Shown piece after piece: positions 35,496 to 47,300 of a DNA stretch of 50,826 bases. Below the pieces are notes generated by a model that had not been told where the DNA came from, made no database searches, and saw only the letters and a list, made by a program, of their open reading frames with translations. The position numbers were made by a program, and so were the translations under genes. Each line of letters starts with the position of its first letter. Positions within the stretch are counted from its first letter, which is position 1. This stretch comes from an uncultured bacterium (lineage in GTDB: Bacteria; Patescibacteriota; Minisyncoccia; UBA6257; 2-01-FULL-56-20), in NCBI GenBank assembly GCA_963844965.1, contig CAWJQC010000002.1, positions 1-50,826 on the forward strand, given 5' to 3'.

Positions 35496-35600
35496 CGGCG
35501 GCGGGATTATTTTATAATTTCCCCGTTACTTTGTCGGAAAGATCTTTTCAAAATGCCAAGGTCGGGATATTTTATTTTTATTTGTGTATAATTGTGATAT

Positions 35601-36362
35601 ATGGCCCGCCGCCTGAAGAAACAACTGATATATGCCGCTTCGTTCGCGGTGCTTTTGGCGATCGTGATCGGCGGTTTTTATTGGCGCTACCTGAGGCCCA
35701 CGCCGACCTGTTTTGACGGTATTCAGAATCAGGGTGAACAGGGGATTGACTGCGGCGGACCGTGCACCAAAGTTTGTCTTCCGAGCAATCTGATGCCGCT
35801 CGCGCGCGTTGATAGGATCCTGGTTTTGAGACCGGACGCTTCCCACATAAGTTTGCTTACGCAGGTTAGCAATCCGAATTTTTCCTACGCCGTGAGGAGC
35901 TTCTCTTATAGTTTTGAACTTTTGGATGCCAGCGGCACGGTGACACAGGAATTTACGGGAGATTCATTCATTTATGCCGGAGAGGTCAAGTACATTCTGG
36001 TTCCCAATGTCCCAGCGTCGCCGTTCGTTGATGTTGAATTCAAAACGAGCGGCGAAGATTGGATTTCGGCGCGTGACTTACCGGGTCCGCCGAACTTTAA
36101 CACCGCCGGAGCGCAAACGAATATCTTGCCGGACAAGGTGAGCATTGATGGCACCATTACTAATATGGAAGCCATGCCCTTTTCGCGGGTTACCGTAATC
36201 GCTGTTCTCCGGGGAAAGCTTGGCCAGGTTGCCGGCGCTTCAGAGACCGAGGTTGATAATCTCCAGCCACAGAGCCCCCAGCAATTTTCCATAATCCATC
36301 CGCCGCTTACGGATGTTGACCCGCTGGGAACGAAAATTTACGCCTACGCCTCGTGGTGGTAG
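35601..36362 (+). CDS. Hypothetical TM-anchored extracellular protein
   Basis: N-terminal TM AASFAVLLAIVIGGFYW, Cys pairs CFDG..CGGPCTKVC. Confidence 0.45.
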   Translation: MARRLKKQLIYAASFAVLLAIVIGGFYWRYLRPTPTCFDGIQNQGEQGIDCGGPCTKVCLPSNLMPLARVDRILVLRPDASHISLLTQVSNPNFSYAVRSFSYSFELLDASGTVTQEFTGDSFIYAGEVKYILVPNVPASPFVDVEFKTSGEDWISARDLPGPPNFNTAGAQTNILPDKVSIDGTITNMEAMPFSRVTVIAVLRGKLGQVAGASETEVDNLQPQSPQQFSIIHPPLTDVDPLGTKIYAYASWW

Positions 36363-36877
36363 AATACAGAACTTAGAATACGGGCATCACGAGTTTGCCA
36401 GAAATAAAAAAATAGGGACTCCGCTACAGGCCACGCGGAATCCCCATTCACGCACTCACGCCGCCCAACGGCGAGGGTGATAAGTTCGTACAATCCCCAT
36501 CGGAGGGGGTAGATCAGGCCTGAATGCTGATTAACGAAGTCAAGAACTTCTTTGAGGTTTTCTGGAGATGCCACGATTTTCTCCAGAAAGCCTTTTAGGT
36601 TGTTGATGGAGCTGATGGAGTCGTTGTGGTTATAGACGAGGAAAAGTTGTGCCTCAGAAGCATTGTTGAAAAAGGGTTTTGCCTCAGGAGTACTGTCAAA
36701 AAAAGATTGTGCCTCAGAAGCACCACGCTTCAAACCAGTTCTGAGAATAAAGCCCTTTGTTCTGCCGCTACTGGAACGGCGAAATTCAAGCTCCCAGTCG
36801 CCGCCCTCTTCGGAAACTTTCAGAAGTTGTCGTAGCATCTCAGCACACCTCCCAGGGTGCTGAATGAATGATAGCAT
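36344..36877 (-). CDS. Hypothetical protein with short internal tandem repeat (EAQSFF / EAKPFF / EAQLFL)
   Basis: ORF plus ~30-bp DNA repeats at 36640-36730. Confidence 0.35.
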   Translation of the reverse strand: MLSFIQHPGRCAEMLRQLLKVSEEGGDWELEFRRSSSGRTKGFILRTGLKRGASEAQSFFDSTPEAKPFFNNASEAQLFLVYNHNDSISSINNLKGFLEKIVASPENLKEVLDFVNQHSGLIYPLRWGLYELITLAVGRRECVNGDSAWPVAESLFFYFWQTRDARILSSVFYHHEA

Positions 36878-37043
36878 ATAAATTATTTTATGTCAAGTAT
36901 TGTAGAAAGAGCGCGGAAACCCAACTGGGACAGCACTTGGTAGGCGCAAAAGTGGCGGAATTCCCGATTTTTCTGTATCCTGATTTTAGGTCTACGAACC
37001 ACGTATCACATAGCACACAGCACGAATCACGAGACACACATTT

Positions 37044-38096
37044 ATGCTATCCCTATTTATCCCAACAGGAATTCTCGTCGCCGCAAGCTTGGTTATTCTC
37101 TCAAGCATTTCCGTGCATCTCTTTTGGCTGCAGCTTGTTTGGATTGTCGTCGGCTTGGGCTTTGTCGTTTTGTTTTATTTTGTTGATTGGCGTTTTATCC
37201 TGAATTACCGCTGGCTTATCGGCGGCTTGTACGCGCTTTCGGTAGTTCTTTTAGCTCTCGTTTACTTCGCTGGACCGGTCGTGAGGAGCATCAGGAGCTG
37301 GTTTGTGCTCGGCCCCTTCAATTTCCAGCCGGTTGAACTCGCGAAAATCGCCCTGATACTCTTATTCGCAAGTTACTTCAGCCGTCGTCACCTTGCCGTC
37401 GCGCGCTGGCGGAACGTTTTGACATCATTCGCATTTTTTGCCGTTCCCGCGGCACTTACCGCCATTGAACCGGAGCTTGGGTCGGTCCTGGTTCTTTTCG
37501 GCATCTGGTTCGGGTTTTTGCTTCTTTCCGGCCTGCCGCCGCGCCGCGTGCTTATTGCCTTTCTCGTGTTCGCGGTAATCGGAGTTCTCGCCTGGTCATT
37601 CGTGCTCAAGGATTTTCACCGCGCCCGCGTCATCGGTTTTCTTTACCCGGAAAAAAATTCTTTGGGAGTTAACTACAGCGCGATCCAGTCCAAGATCGCT
37701 ATTGGCTCCGCTGGTTTCTGGGGAAAGGGCTATGGGCAGGGGACACAAACGCAACTCGGATTTTTGACGGAGCCGCAGTCCGATTTTATCCTTGCTTCGT
37801 TCATTGAGGAATGGGGAGGTATCGGGGGGCTTGTCGTGGTTGCGGCGTTTCTTTTCCTGATTTACGGAATATTGAAGGTCGGAATAAGGGCGGTTCGTAA
37901 CTTTGATAAATTTATCTGCTTGGGAACCGCGACCGCGTTCGGCATACAATTTTTTCTTAACGCCGCCTCGGAACTTGGCCTTATACCCGTCATCGGCATA
38001 ACTTTTCCGTTCTTGAGCTACGGCGGTTCCAGTTTGGTCGCAAGCTTTTTTCTTCTCTCGCTCGTAAATGCGATTGGGAAAAAGGTGGCGGTTTAG
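37044..38096 (+). CDS. SEDS-family peptidoglycan glycosyltransferase (FtsW/RodA)
   Basis: 10-TM protein with GSAGFWGKGYGQGTQTQLGFLTEPQSDFILASFIEEWGGIGG and FPFLSYGGSSL motifs. Confidence 0.8.
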   Translation: MLSLFIPTGILVAASLVILSSISVHLFWLQLVWIVVGLGFVVLFYFVDWRFILNYRWLIGGLYALSVVLLALVYFAGPVVRSIRSWFVLGPFNFQPVELAKIALILLFASYFSRRHLAVARWRNVLTSFAFFAVPAALTAIEPELGSVLVLFGIWFGFLLLSGLPPRRVLIAFLVFAVIGVLAWSFVLKDFHRARVIGFLYPEKNSLGVNYSAIQSKIAIGSAGFWGKGYGQGTQTQLGFLTEPQSDFILASFIEEWGGIGGLVVVAAFLFLIYGILKVGIRAVRNFDKFICLGTATAFGIQFFLNAASELGLIPVIGITFPFLSYGGSSLVASFFLLSLVNAIGKKVAV

Positions 38097-38182
38097 CGAC
38101 GTAGGTCTCCATCTCGGACTTCCCGCAACGAAAATCAATTATAACTTATAGAACTTATTTGCTATATTGCTATACTTAACTT

Positions 38183-40096
38183 ATGAATCGAGAAGGTTTC
38201 GCAACGATTATCGCCCTGTTAGTTTTAGCGGGCGTTTTAGTTGCCAGTGGGGTATGGTACTATTTTACCTACAAAGCCTCGGTTACCCCATCAGCGATCC
38301 AATCCAATCAAACTTTCTCGGGAACTGCGTCGACGAGCACGATTAATAGTCTAGCAACTTCCACTTCGGCTATTCCACCAATTTCTGCAACAAATCAAAA
38401 TGGAAATTGGCAGATAAATGATCCGAAGGACGACTTTCAAATAAGTATCCCGTCCATATGGTCGCTTCTATTGAACAACGGAAGCACTACAGGAGCATCG
38501 ACCGCTTCCACCACCGAGAATATGCGGTCATATATCTATTCCCCCCGATATGCAATCGACGCTGGCGGTGCGTGCGGCAGTATTGATAACAGCATGTTCG
38601 AGCAAGAAGGATTAAATCTTTTGGGATTAAGTGCAAGCAGTTCACCAAGCATCCTTGAGAGCCATGGGTATGCGACTACTACGCGTGTGGCCGTCAATCA
38701 ATATGGCGTGAAAATGGTGTACACAACAGGAGGATATGGATGCGGCGGAGCGGGGATCAGCTTATCGGCACAAATCTATCACGCCGGTGCGGTCTATGAA
38801 TTCAGTGTGGGTATGCCGTTGCAAGAAAGCGATATCCCTGCCGCATACAATGTGCCCTGTGAAGACGGACCAGATTGTATAGGGGAATCGGAATATATAA
38901 TTGATCCTGTTGAAAATAAAATCGTCGATGCCCTCATGACAGGAACGGCCGCTCCTTACTATCAGAACGCCTATGCCGATTTTCATGATGCAATGAACAC
39001 GTTGCGATTCTTGACATCCGATCCTGACCCAACCTCATGGATCAACTATCAAAATTCTGAATTCAGTCTCAAATATCCTCCCGATTGGGATCTTGTCGCC
39101 ACATCCGGCGGCGCAATGGTTTTCTCTTCCTCATCACCTTCTTTATCGTTTGCTGTCCTCTCGGTGAGTTCCGGGACCGACGTGACATACATGAACCTGG
39201 CAAATGCGGATGCCAACCCGTTCACGATACTCAGCATCGGAGGCCCCGTTGATGTCAATAATGCAACCTCAGATTTTGAGATGATCTTTGGCAACAAGCC
39301 GTTCGTCGGCAAGCAAGTCGTTTTCAATGGTCCATATAATGACGTTGATATTTTTGATACGATCGTGAATGCAACGTCCGACATGATACTTTCAACGTTC
39401 AAGCTCGGAGACCTATCTAAGTCGGACCCTAATGCAATATCGTTCACGGTACCTCCGGCAACGGTTTCGCTCACGGTGAACGGATCTCATGGGCCGATTA
39501 TACTCGCTACCAGTACTGCACCTCTTGCATTAAGTTGGCAAGGGGAGAACGTGAGTCGGTGCACACTGAATGGAACATATCTGCCCGACAAACTATGGAG
39601 CGGCCAAGTGATTTTCCCACCGACCGGTACCACAACGACCGCACTTATTGGAATTCCAGAGGCGAATTTAAAAACAACATTTGGCACTTTTGTAGGGATC
39701 AACTGTAATGGATGGGGTGCGGCGCAAGCTTCCGATATGATACAGATTATCATCCCTAGTGCAATGACGTCGCCAGAACCTTATGCGGTCGGGCTTGGGT
39801 TGGACCCCTACTATCAAGTGAAAGTTCCAGGAAAGCAATACACAATCTGGTGGACGGGTGGCGCACCAACGGTCGATGTATCGCTTTGGCAGACCACGGA
39901 TCCTACGAGTGAGGGGCATAGCGTGGCCACCATCGCGGAGAATATCCCGAATACGGAATATTATACATGGACGGTACCAACCGCCTACACCGGAACGTGG
40001 TTTGAAATACAGGTCGATTCGGTCGGTGTCGATGCGAACGGGGGGAACTTCGGATTCAGCGGCAGGTTCGATATCGCAACCTCTACATCGCCTTAG
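38183..40096 (+). CDS. Hypothetical secreted protein (637 aa)
   Basis: Signal/TM N-terminus MNREGFATIIALLVLAGVLVASGVWYY. No recognisable catalytic motif. Confidence 0.5.
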   Translation: MNREGFATIIALLVLAGVLVASGVWYYFTYKASVTPSAIQSNQTFSGTASTSTINSLATSTSAIPPISATNQNGNWQINDPKDDFQISIPSIWSLLLNNGSTTGASTASTTENMRSYIYSPRYAIDAGGACGSIDNSMFEQEGLNLLGLSASSSPSILESHGYATTTRVAVNQYGVKMVYTTGGYGCGGAGISLSAQIYHAGAVYEFSVGMPLQESDIPAAYNVPCEDGPDCIGESEYIIDPVENKIVDALMTGTAAPYYQNAYADFHDAMNTLRFLTSDPDPTSWINYQNSEFSLKYPPDWDLVATSGGAMVFSSSSPSLSFAVLSVSSGTDVTYMNLANADANPFTILSIGGPVDVNNATSDFEMIFGNKPFVGKQVVFNGPYNDVDIFDTIVNATSDMILSTFKLGDLSKSDPNAISFTVPPATVSLTVNGSHGPIILATSTAPLALSWQGENVSRCTLNGTYLPDKLWSGQVIFPPTGTTTTALIGIPEANLKTTFGTFVGINCNGWGAAQASDMIQIIIPSAMTSPEPYAVGLGLDPYYQVKVPGKQYTIWWTGGAPTVDVSLWQTTDPTSEGHSVATIAENIPNTEYYTWTVPTAYTGTWFEIQVDSVGVDANGGNFGFSGRFDIATSTSP

Positions 40097-40172
40097 GGGG
40101 TGTTCCTAAATTGGATTGTTGGATAGATTCTAACGTCGTCTGCCACTCTCCGGTTTAGAATATCAAGAGCAA

Positions 40173-41192
40173 ATGTTTAAATTAAAAGAATTCGCGGCAA
40201 TCTTGGGAATCTGGCCGCCGCGAAGAAAAATTATCGTCGGTGGAGCTGTTTTTTTATGCATCGTTCTCGTCGCGGGCTATTTCGTTTTTGAACTTGGACC
40301 CGTGGCTGGAGGAATAGCCGCCACCCAAAACTTTGAAATAAGATCCGGCGACGGTTTCCGCGAAATTGCCGGACGTCTCGCCTCCAATGGATTTGTCCGT
40401 TCCAGGCTCGCTTTTGAATTTCTGGCTCTTTTCACGGGGAACGCCGGAAAATTGAAAGCCGGCATTTACGAATTGAATCAGGGAATGTCTTCATGGGAAG
40501 TGCTGGACGAACTTGTTTCCGGCGCGCATAAGGAGGTTACCGTGATGATTCCGGAAGGCGCGTCCGTTTACGACATAGACAGGGTTTTGAGCAATGCCGG
40601 CGTAATAAGCCCAGGCAGCTTGGTCTCCGCGAATACCGCGAGCGGAATTGAAGGAAAATTGTTCCCCGACACCTATGTTTTTTTCACCGGCTCCGATACG
40701 AAGGATGTTGTCCAAAAATTCCTGGCGAATTTTGAAACGAAGGCGGCGCCGCTTTTCGCAGGCAGCACGAGTGACGAGGAAGCCGACTTAATCCTCGCTT
40801 CTCTTGTGGAAAAAGAGGTTCCGGAGTATAAAGACCGGCAGATTGTTGCTGGCATCATAATGAAACGCCTGAAAGCGAACCTTCCCGTGCAAGTGGACGC
40901 AACCATCTGTTACGCTAAAGCAGTTTCGGTCTATCCGGAGGCATCCTCCTGTTATCCGCTCGCCCCCCTTGACTTCAAAATTGATTCGCCTTATAATACG
41001 TACTTACATACTGGCTTGCCGCCGGGGCCTATCGGAAACCCCGGTTTATCGGCCATAAATGCGGTTTTAAGCCCCAAAAGTTCGCCATACTGGTTCTATT
41101 TGAGCGACCCCGTGACGCACAGAACCGTGTTTGCGAAGACGCTTGACGAACAGGAGCAAAATCGCGTAAAATACTTAGGAGGCAACAATTGA
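40173..41192 (+). CDS. mltG: Endolytic murein transglycosylase MltG (YceG family)
   Basis: N-terminal TM, GIYELNQGMSSWEVLDEL, FPDTYVF, YNTYLHTGLPPGPIGNPG motifs. Confidence 0.8.
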   Translation: MFKLKEFAAILGIWPPRRKIIVGGAVFLCIVLVAGYFVFELGPVAGGIAATQNFEIRSGDGFREIAGRLASNGFVRSRLAFEFLALFTGNAGKLKAGIYELNQGMSSWEVLDELVSGAHKEVTVMIPEGASVYDIDRVLSNAGVISPGSLVSANTASGIEGKLFPDTYVFFTGSDTKDVVQKFLANFETKAAPLFAGSTSDEEADLILASLVEKEVPEYKDRQIVAGIIMKRLKANLPVQVDATICYAKAVSVYPEASSCYPLAPLDFKIDSPYNTYLHTGLPPGPIGNPGLSAINAVLSPKSSPYWFYLSDPVTHRTVFAKTLDEQEQNRVKYLGGNN

Positions 41193-41371
41193 GCGCAAAC
41201 CTCGAAAAGAGGGGGTTTTCTTTTGTCAAAATTTTTCAGGTAAGGATTTTCTCGGGGACGCATGGTTAATAACTCTGCGCGCGAATTTATAGGATGGGCG
41301 TTCGCATGATTTGCATAATCAAATAGAAAACAAGTGAATATCGCCGAAGCCGCGCAAGGGGCCGTTGGTTT

Positions 41372-44300
41372 TTGGCGCGTTTGATTTTTTTGAATTTCGT
41401 CCCGGCAATTTTTGGCATGCCTAAATTTTTACCGGTTAAAAATTTTGCAAAATCAAAAACGCTCCTCGCGCCGTTCAATTTGAACGAGACGCAGCTCAAA
41501 TCATATGAGTGGTTCCTGAAAAAGGGACTGCGCGAGCTTTTGGATGAAATTTCTCCGATATACGACCATACCGGCAAGGAATTGGAATTGAATTTCAAAA
41601 ATTATCATTTTGACGAGCCGAAATACGACGAAGCGACTGCGCGCTATAAAGACGCCACCTATGAAGCGGCGTTGCGCGTTGAATTGGAGTTGATCTACAA
41701 AAGGACCAATCGCAAAGAGAAACAAGAGGTGTACTTCGGCGACTTTCCGGTAATGACCTCGCGCGGCACGTTCATAATAAACGGTGTGGAACGCGTCGTT
41801 GTTTCGCAGCTCATCCGTTCGGCAGGAGTTTATTTCACCTCCGTCCCCTGGCGCGGCAGGCAGCTTTTCGGCGCGAAGATAATTCCCAACCGCGGCGCTT
41901 GGCTTGAATTTGAGACCGATGTTGACGGCGGGATAGGCGTGAAGATTGACCGCCACAGGAAAGTCGCCGTCACCGAACTTCTTCGGATCTTCGGCGCGTC
42001 CAACGATGACATAGGTTCCAGATTTTCCGACATTGACCGCGGACAGGTCAAACACATTGAAGCGACTCTCAAGAAAGACGTGGCGAAAGACGCCGATGAA
42101 TCGTACATGGAGATTTACAGGCGTCTTCGGCCCGGCGATCCAGCCACGCCGGCTACGGCCAAAAGTTTGATAGACGCCATGTTCCAGCGGGCGGACCGTT
42201 ATGATCTTTCCACGGTCGGTCGCTTCAAGGTAAATCAGCGCCTGAATTTTGATAAGAGCAAAGAGAACCGGCTTTTGGACTCGGAGGATATTATTGCGAT
42301 TGTTCGGGAAATTATTTCTTTAAATAACAATCCGCGGGCGCAGGCGGACGACATTGACCACCTCGGGAACCGCCGTCTGAAGGCCGTGGGAGAACTTTTG
42401 CAGGGTCGTTTGCGCATCGGTCTCGCCCGTCTCCGCCGCATTATCCAAGACCGCATTTCCACGGAGGATAAGGAGAAAGTCATGCCGGCGCAGCTCGTGA
42501 ATTTCCGTCCGGTCTCCGCCGTAATTAAAGAATTTTTCGCATCCTCCCAGCTTTCGCAGTTCATGGACCAGGTGAATCCCTTAGCTGAGCTTGAACACAA
42601 GCGAAGGATCTCCGCTTTGGGACCGGGCGGGCTTACGAGAGAGCGCGCGAGCTTTGAGGTCCGCGACGTCCATAGATCGCATTACGGCAGAATTTGTCCG
42701 GTTCAAACGCCTGAAGGCGCGAATATCGGTCTCATAAACTACCTTGCGAGTTTCACGAGAATCAATGATTTCGGATTTCTGGAGACGCCATACATAAAAG
42801 TAGTTGACGGCGGGGTTACAGGCGATGTTGTTTGGCTGGACGGTCTTGAAGAGGAGAAATACAGGATTACCCATGCCGGTACGCCTCGCGACGCCGATGG
42901 CAAACTGCAGGGTTCCGTCGTGGAGGCGAGAATTTACGGCCAGCCTGGAACTTGCACGCCGAGCGAGGTTGATTTGATCGACGTGGCGCCCAATCAGTTT
43001 GTGAGCGTGGCGACATCCCTTATACCGTTTCTCCAACACGATGACGCGAACAGGGCTCTTATGGGTTCTAACATGCAGCGGCAGGCCGTTGTTTCCGTGC
43101 GGCCCGACGTTCCCTATGTCTCTACGGGGGACGAGGAGAAGGTTGCTATTGATTCCGGTTATGTCATCGTGGCAGAGGGTGATGGCAAAATAGCGGAAGT
43201 GGACGCCAATCACATTAAGGTTAAGTATGCGAGAACCACCAAGGATTACGTTTTGGAGAAATTTAAGCGTTCCAATCAATTTACTTGCATTTCGCAGCGG
43301 CCGCTTGTCGGGAAGGACCAGCCCATCAAGAAGGGCGATATTCTCGTGGACGGGCCGTCAATAGAGAACGGGACGCTTGCTTTGGGACAGAATCTTCTCG
43401 TGGCGTTTGTTTCATGGGACGGCGCGAACTTTGAGGACGCCATCGTGGTTTCCGAGCGGATCGTGCGGGACGACCTGTTCACGTCGATACACATAGAAGA
43501 TTTTTATCATGACGTGCGCGACACGAAGCTTGGCCCGGAAATAACGACCCCCGATATTCCCAACGTTTCCGAGGAAAAACTTAAGAACTTGGATGAGGAA
43601 GGGATTGTAAGAATCGGTGCCGAGGTGAAATCCGGCGATATTCTCGTCGGCAAAATTTCTCCCAAAGGCGAAGCCGAACTCACTTCCGAGGAGCGTCTTT
43701 TGCGGGCGATCTTCGGCGAGAAAGCGCGCGACGTGAAAGACACTTCTCTTACATTGCCCCACGGAAAACGCGGCAGGGTCGTGAGTATAAAAGTTTTTGA
43801 CAGAGAGAGGGGAGATAAGCTCGAGCCCGGCATAATAAAAAGGATTCAGGTTGAGGTCGCGCAGCTACGGAAAGTTCAGGCCGGGGACAAATTGGCCGGA
43901 CGTCACGGGAACAAAGGCGTAATTTCGCAGGTGCGCGCGATTGAAGATATGCCGTACTTAGAGGATGGAACTCCGGTGGACATAGTTTTGAATCCTTTGG
44001 GCGTCGCTTCGCGCATGAACCTCGGGCAGATTTTTGAAACACATCTCGGTTGGGCGGCGTCCAAACTTGGCTACCGTGCCGTGACTCCGGGGCTTGACTC
44101 GGCGAGCGAGGGAGATATCAAGGAGGAACTCAAGAAAGCCGGCCTTCCCGAGGACGGCAAAGTGACGCTTTTTGACGGCAGAACCGGCAAGCCATTTGAT
44201 AATAAGGTCATGGTCGGCCAGATTTACATGATGAAGCTCAATCACCTAGTTGAGGACAAGGCGCACATGCGCTCCATCGGTCCCTATTCTTTAATCACGC

Positions 44301-47300
44301 AGCAGCCGTTGGGCGGCAAAGCCCAATTCGGCGGCCAGCGCTTCGGAGAAATGGAAGTTTGGGCTCTTGAAGGATACGGAGCGAGGCACGTGTTGCAGGA
44401 AATGCTGACCATCAAGTCCGACGACGTTTTGGGCAGGGCCGCGGCTTACGAGTCCATAATCCGCGGCGAGACCATAAAGGAACCCAACCTGCCGGCGTCC
44501 TTCGGCGTTTTGGTGAATGAGCTTAAATCCCTCGGTTTCAACATTGAGCCGGTTTTTGACTCCGAATCGGCGCGCCGCGAAAATTTCCGGGCGCTAAAGA
44601 TAAGCGTTGCTTCTCCCGAGGAGATCCTCAAGTGGTCGCATGGCGAGGTTTTGAAGCCGGAGACCATCAATTATCGTACCCAGCGGCCGGAAAAGGACGG
44701 ACTTTTTTCCGAACGCATTTTCGGTCCGACAAAGGATTATGAATGTTATTGCGGCAAATACAGGCGTATCCGCTACAAGGGAGTGATCTGCGACAAGTGC
44801 GGAGTTGAGGTCACGAGAGCCGTCGTGAGGCGGGAACGCATCGGGCACATTTCGCTCGCTACTCCGGTTTCTCACATTTGGTTTTTGAAGAGCGTGCCGT
44901 CGCGCCTGAGTTTGCTTCTGGACGTGGCGACGCCGAAGCTGGAGCGTGTGATTTACTATTCCGCGTATATCGTCACTGAGGTGAACGAAGAACTCAAGAA
45001 GCAGGCACTCACCGAGCTTGAACGCGAGCTCAAGGGCAAATTGAAAGTCGGCGGCAGGGATAAAAGAACTAAAGTTGAGCTTGAAGAGGCGGCCGAAGTT
45101 ACAGGAAGTTATTTGAAGAACCTGCGCGTTGGGCAGGTATTGACCGAGATGGAGTATTTCAATCTTTCGCGGCGTTTCGGCAATGCGTTCAAGGCGGCAA
45201 GCGGCGCCGAATCCGTGAGGAAAATTCTTGAGGGCATGGATCTGAGGAAGGAGATTCAAAAAATAGAAAGGGAACTGGATGGGGCGAAAGATCCAATGTC
45301 GCAGTCAAAGCTCCTCCGCCGCCTTAAGATGTTCCGCTCCATGATCAAGAACAATAGCCGCCCGGAGTGGATGGTGATCACAACGCTTCCCGTGCTGCCT
45401 CCGGATCTGCGGCCGATGGTCGCCTTGGACGGCGGCAGGTACGCGACTTCCGATCTGAACGATCTCTACCGGCGCGTCATCAACAGGAACAACCGCCTGA
45501 AGAAACTTTTGGAAATAAAAGCGCCGGACATCATCGTCAAGAACGAAAAGAGGATGCTTCAGGAAGCCGTTGACGCTCTCATAGACAATTCGGCGCGTTT
45601 CGGCGTGCAGCAATTGTCCGCGCAAAGGCGGCCGCTCCGTTCGCTCGCCGACATGCTCAAGGGCAAGCAGGGCCGGTTCAGGCAGAATCTTTTGGGAAAA
45701 AGAGTTGATTATTCCGGCCGCTCGGTTATCGTCGTCGGTCCGAAGCTCAGGATTGACACCTGCGGCATACCGAAGCGCATGGCGCTGGAACTTTTCAAGC
45801 CGTTCGTGCTTTCGGAGGTCATGAAGAGGGGTCTTGCCCACAATATCAGGAGCGCTTCCAGGTTCATAGAGGAAGGCAGCGACGAGGTTTGGGGAATTTT
45901 GGAAGAAATCATCAAGGACAGGCGGGTGCTTTTGAACCGCGCGCCGACTTTGCACAGGTTGAGCGTCCAGGCGTTCCATCCGATTCTGGTTGAAGGCCTC
46001 GCCATTCAGATACCACCTCTCGTCTGCGTCGCTTTTAACGCTGACTTTGACGGCGATCAAATGGCGGTTCACCTGCCGTTGTCTGAGAACGCCCAGCGGG
46101 AAGCGGAAGAAATCATGGCGGCGGGGCGGAATCTTTTGAAACCCGCGACCGGAGAATTGATTACCACTCCGACGCAGGATGTCGTTTTGGGGATTTATTA
46201 TTTGACGAGAGCCGGGCTGGAGAGCGGTGCGAAAGCAAGTAAGGCCTATGCGTCCTATGAAGAAGCGATTTTGGCGCACGAGAACGACTATTTAGGTTTG
46301 CACGAGCCGATGAAATTCAACGGCATGGAAACGACGTTGGGACGCGTCATATTCAACCGCGCTCTTCAGGGGAAGGTGGATTTCGTGAATGAGACCATGA
46401 ACAAAAAGAAGCTTTCCAAGCTTATAGAAAAAGTGCTTGAGAATCATGGTTTGGATGTCACGCGCGACGTTTTGGACTCGGTGAAACTGCTCGGCTTTGA
46501 CTCGGCGACGCGCTCCGGCATAACTTGGTCAATGTCGGACTTGGTCACGCCGTCTGCCAAACCGGAAGTTATCGCCGAGTCGGAAAAGGAAATAAATTTG
46601 ATCCGCAGCCAGTATGGCGAGGGACTTTTGACGGAAAACGAGCGGCGCGTCCGAACCATCAGTGTTTGGGAAAAAACGAAGGAAAAAATAGCGAAGCTGG
46701 TCACGACCGCGATGTCGCCGGACAATTCCATTTACCAGATAATCGATTCCGGCTCGCGCGGCTCCTGGGCGCAGCCCATCCAGATGCTCGGCATGAAGGG
46801 CCTTGTTGCCAATCCGAAAGGCGAGACCATTGAACTGCCGATAAAATCGTCTTTCAAGGAGGGGTTGTCGGTTCTGGAGTATTTCATTTCAACGACCGGA
46901 GCGCGCAAAGGCACCACCGACACGGCTCTGAAAACGGCGCAAGCCGGCTACCTCACGCGCCGGTTGGTTGACGTTTCCCAGGATCTCATCATACGCGAAG
47001 AGGACTGCCGCGCGAAAGAAGGCATAGAAATTTTCCGTGAAGACGGCAAAGAATTCAACCAATCCTTCGCGAGCCGCTTGTTCTCAAGAACCGTTCTTGA
47101 GGATATCCGCGCAGGCCACAAGATTGTCATCCGCGCGGGAGAGATCATAGACAAACAGACCGCGGAGACCATAGAGAAATCAAAAATCGAATCGGTGAAA
47201 GTAAGGTCGCCAATTACTTGCAGAACCCTTTATGGTGTCTGCGCCACTTGTTATGGATTCGATCTTGGTAATAATAAACCGGTCAAGATCGGCAGCGCCG

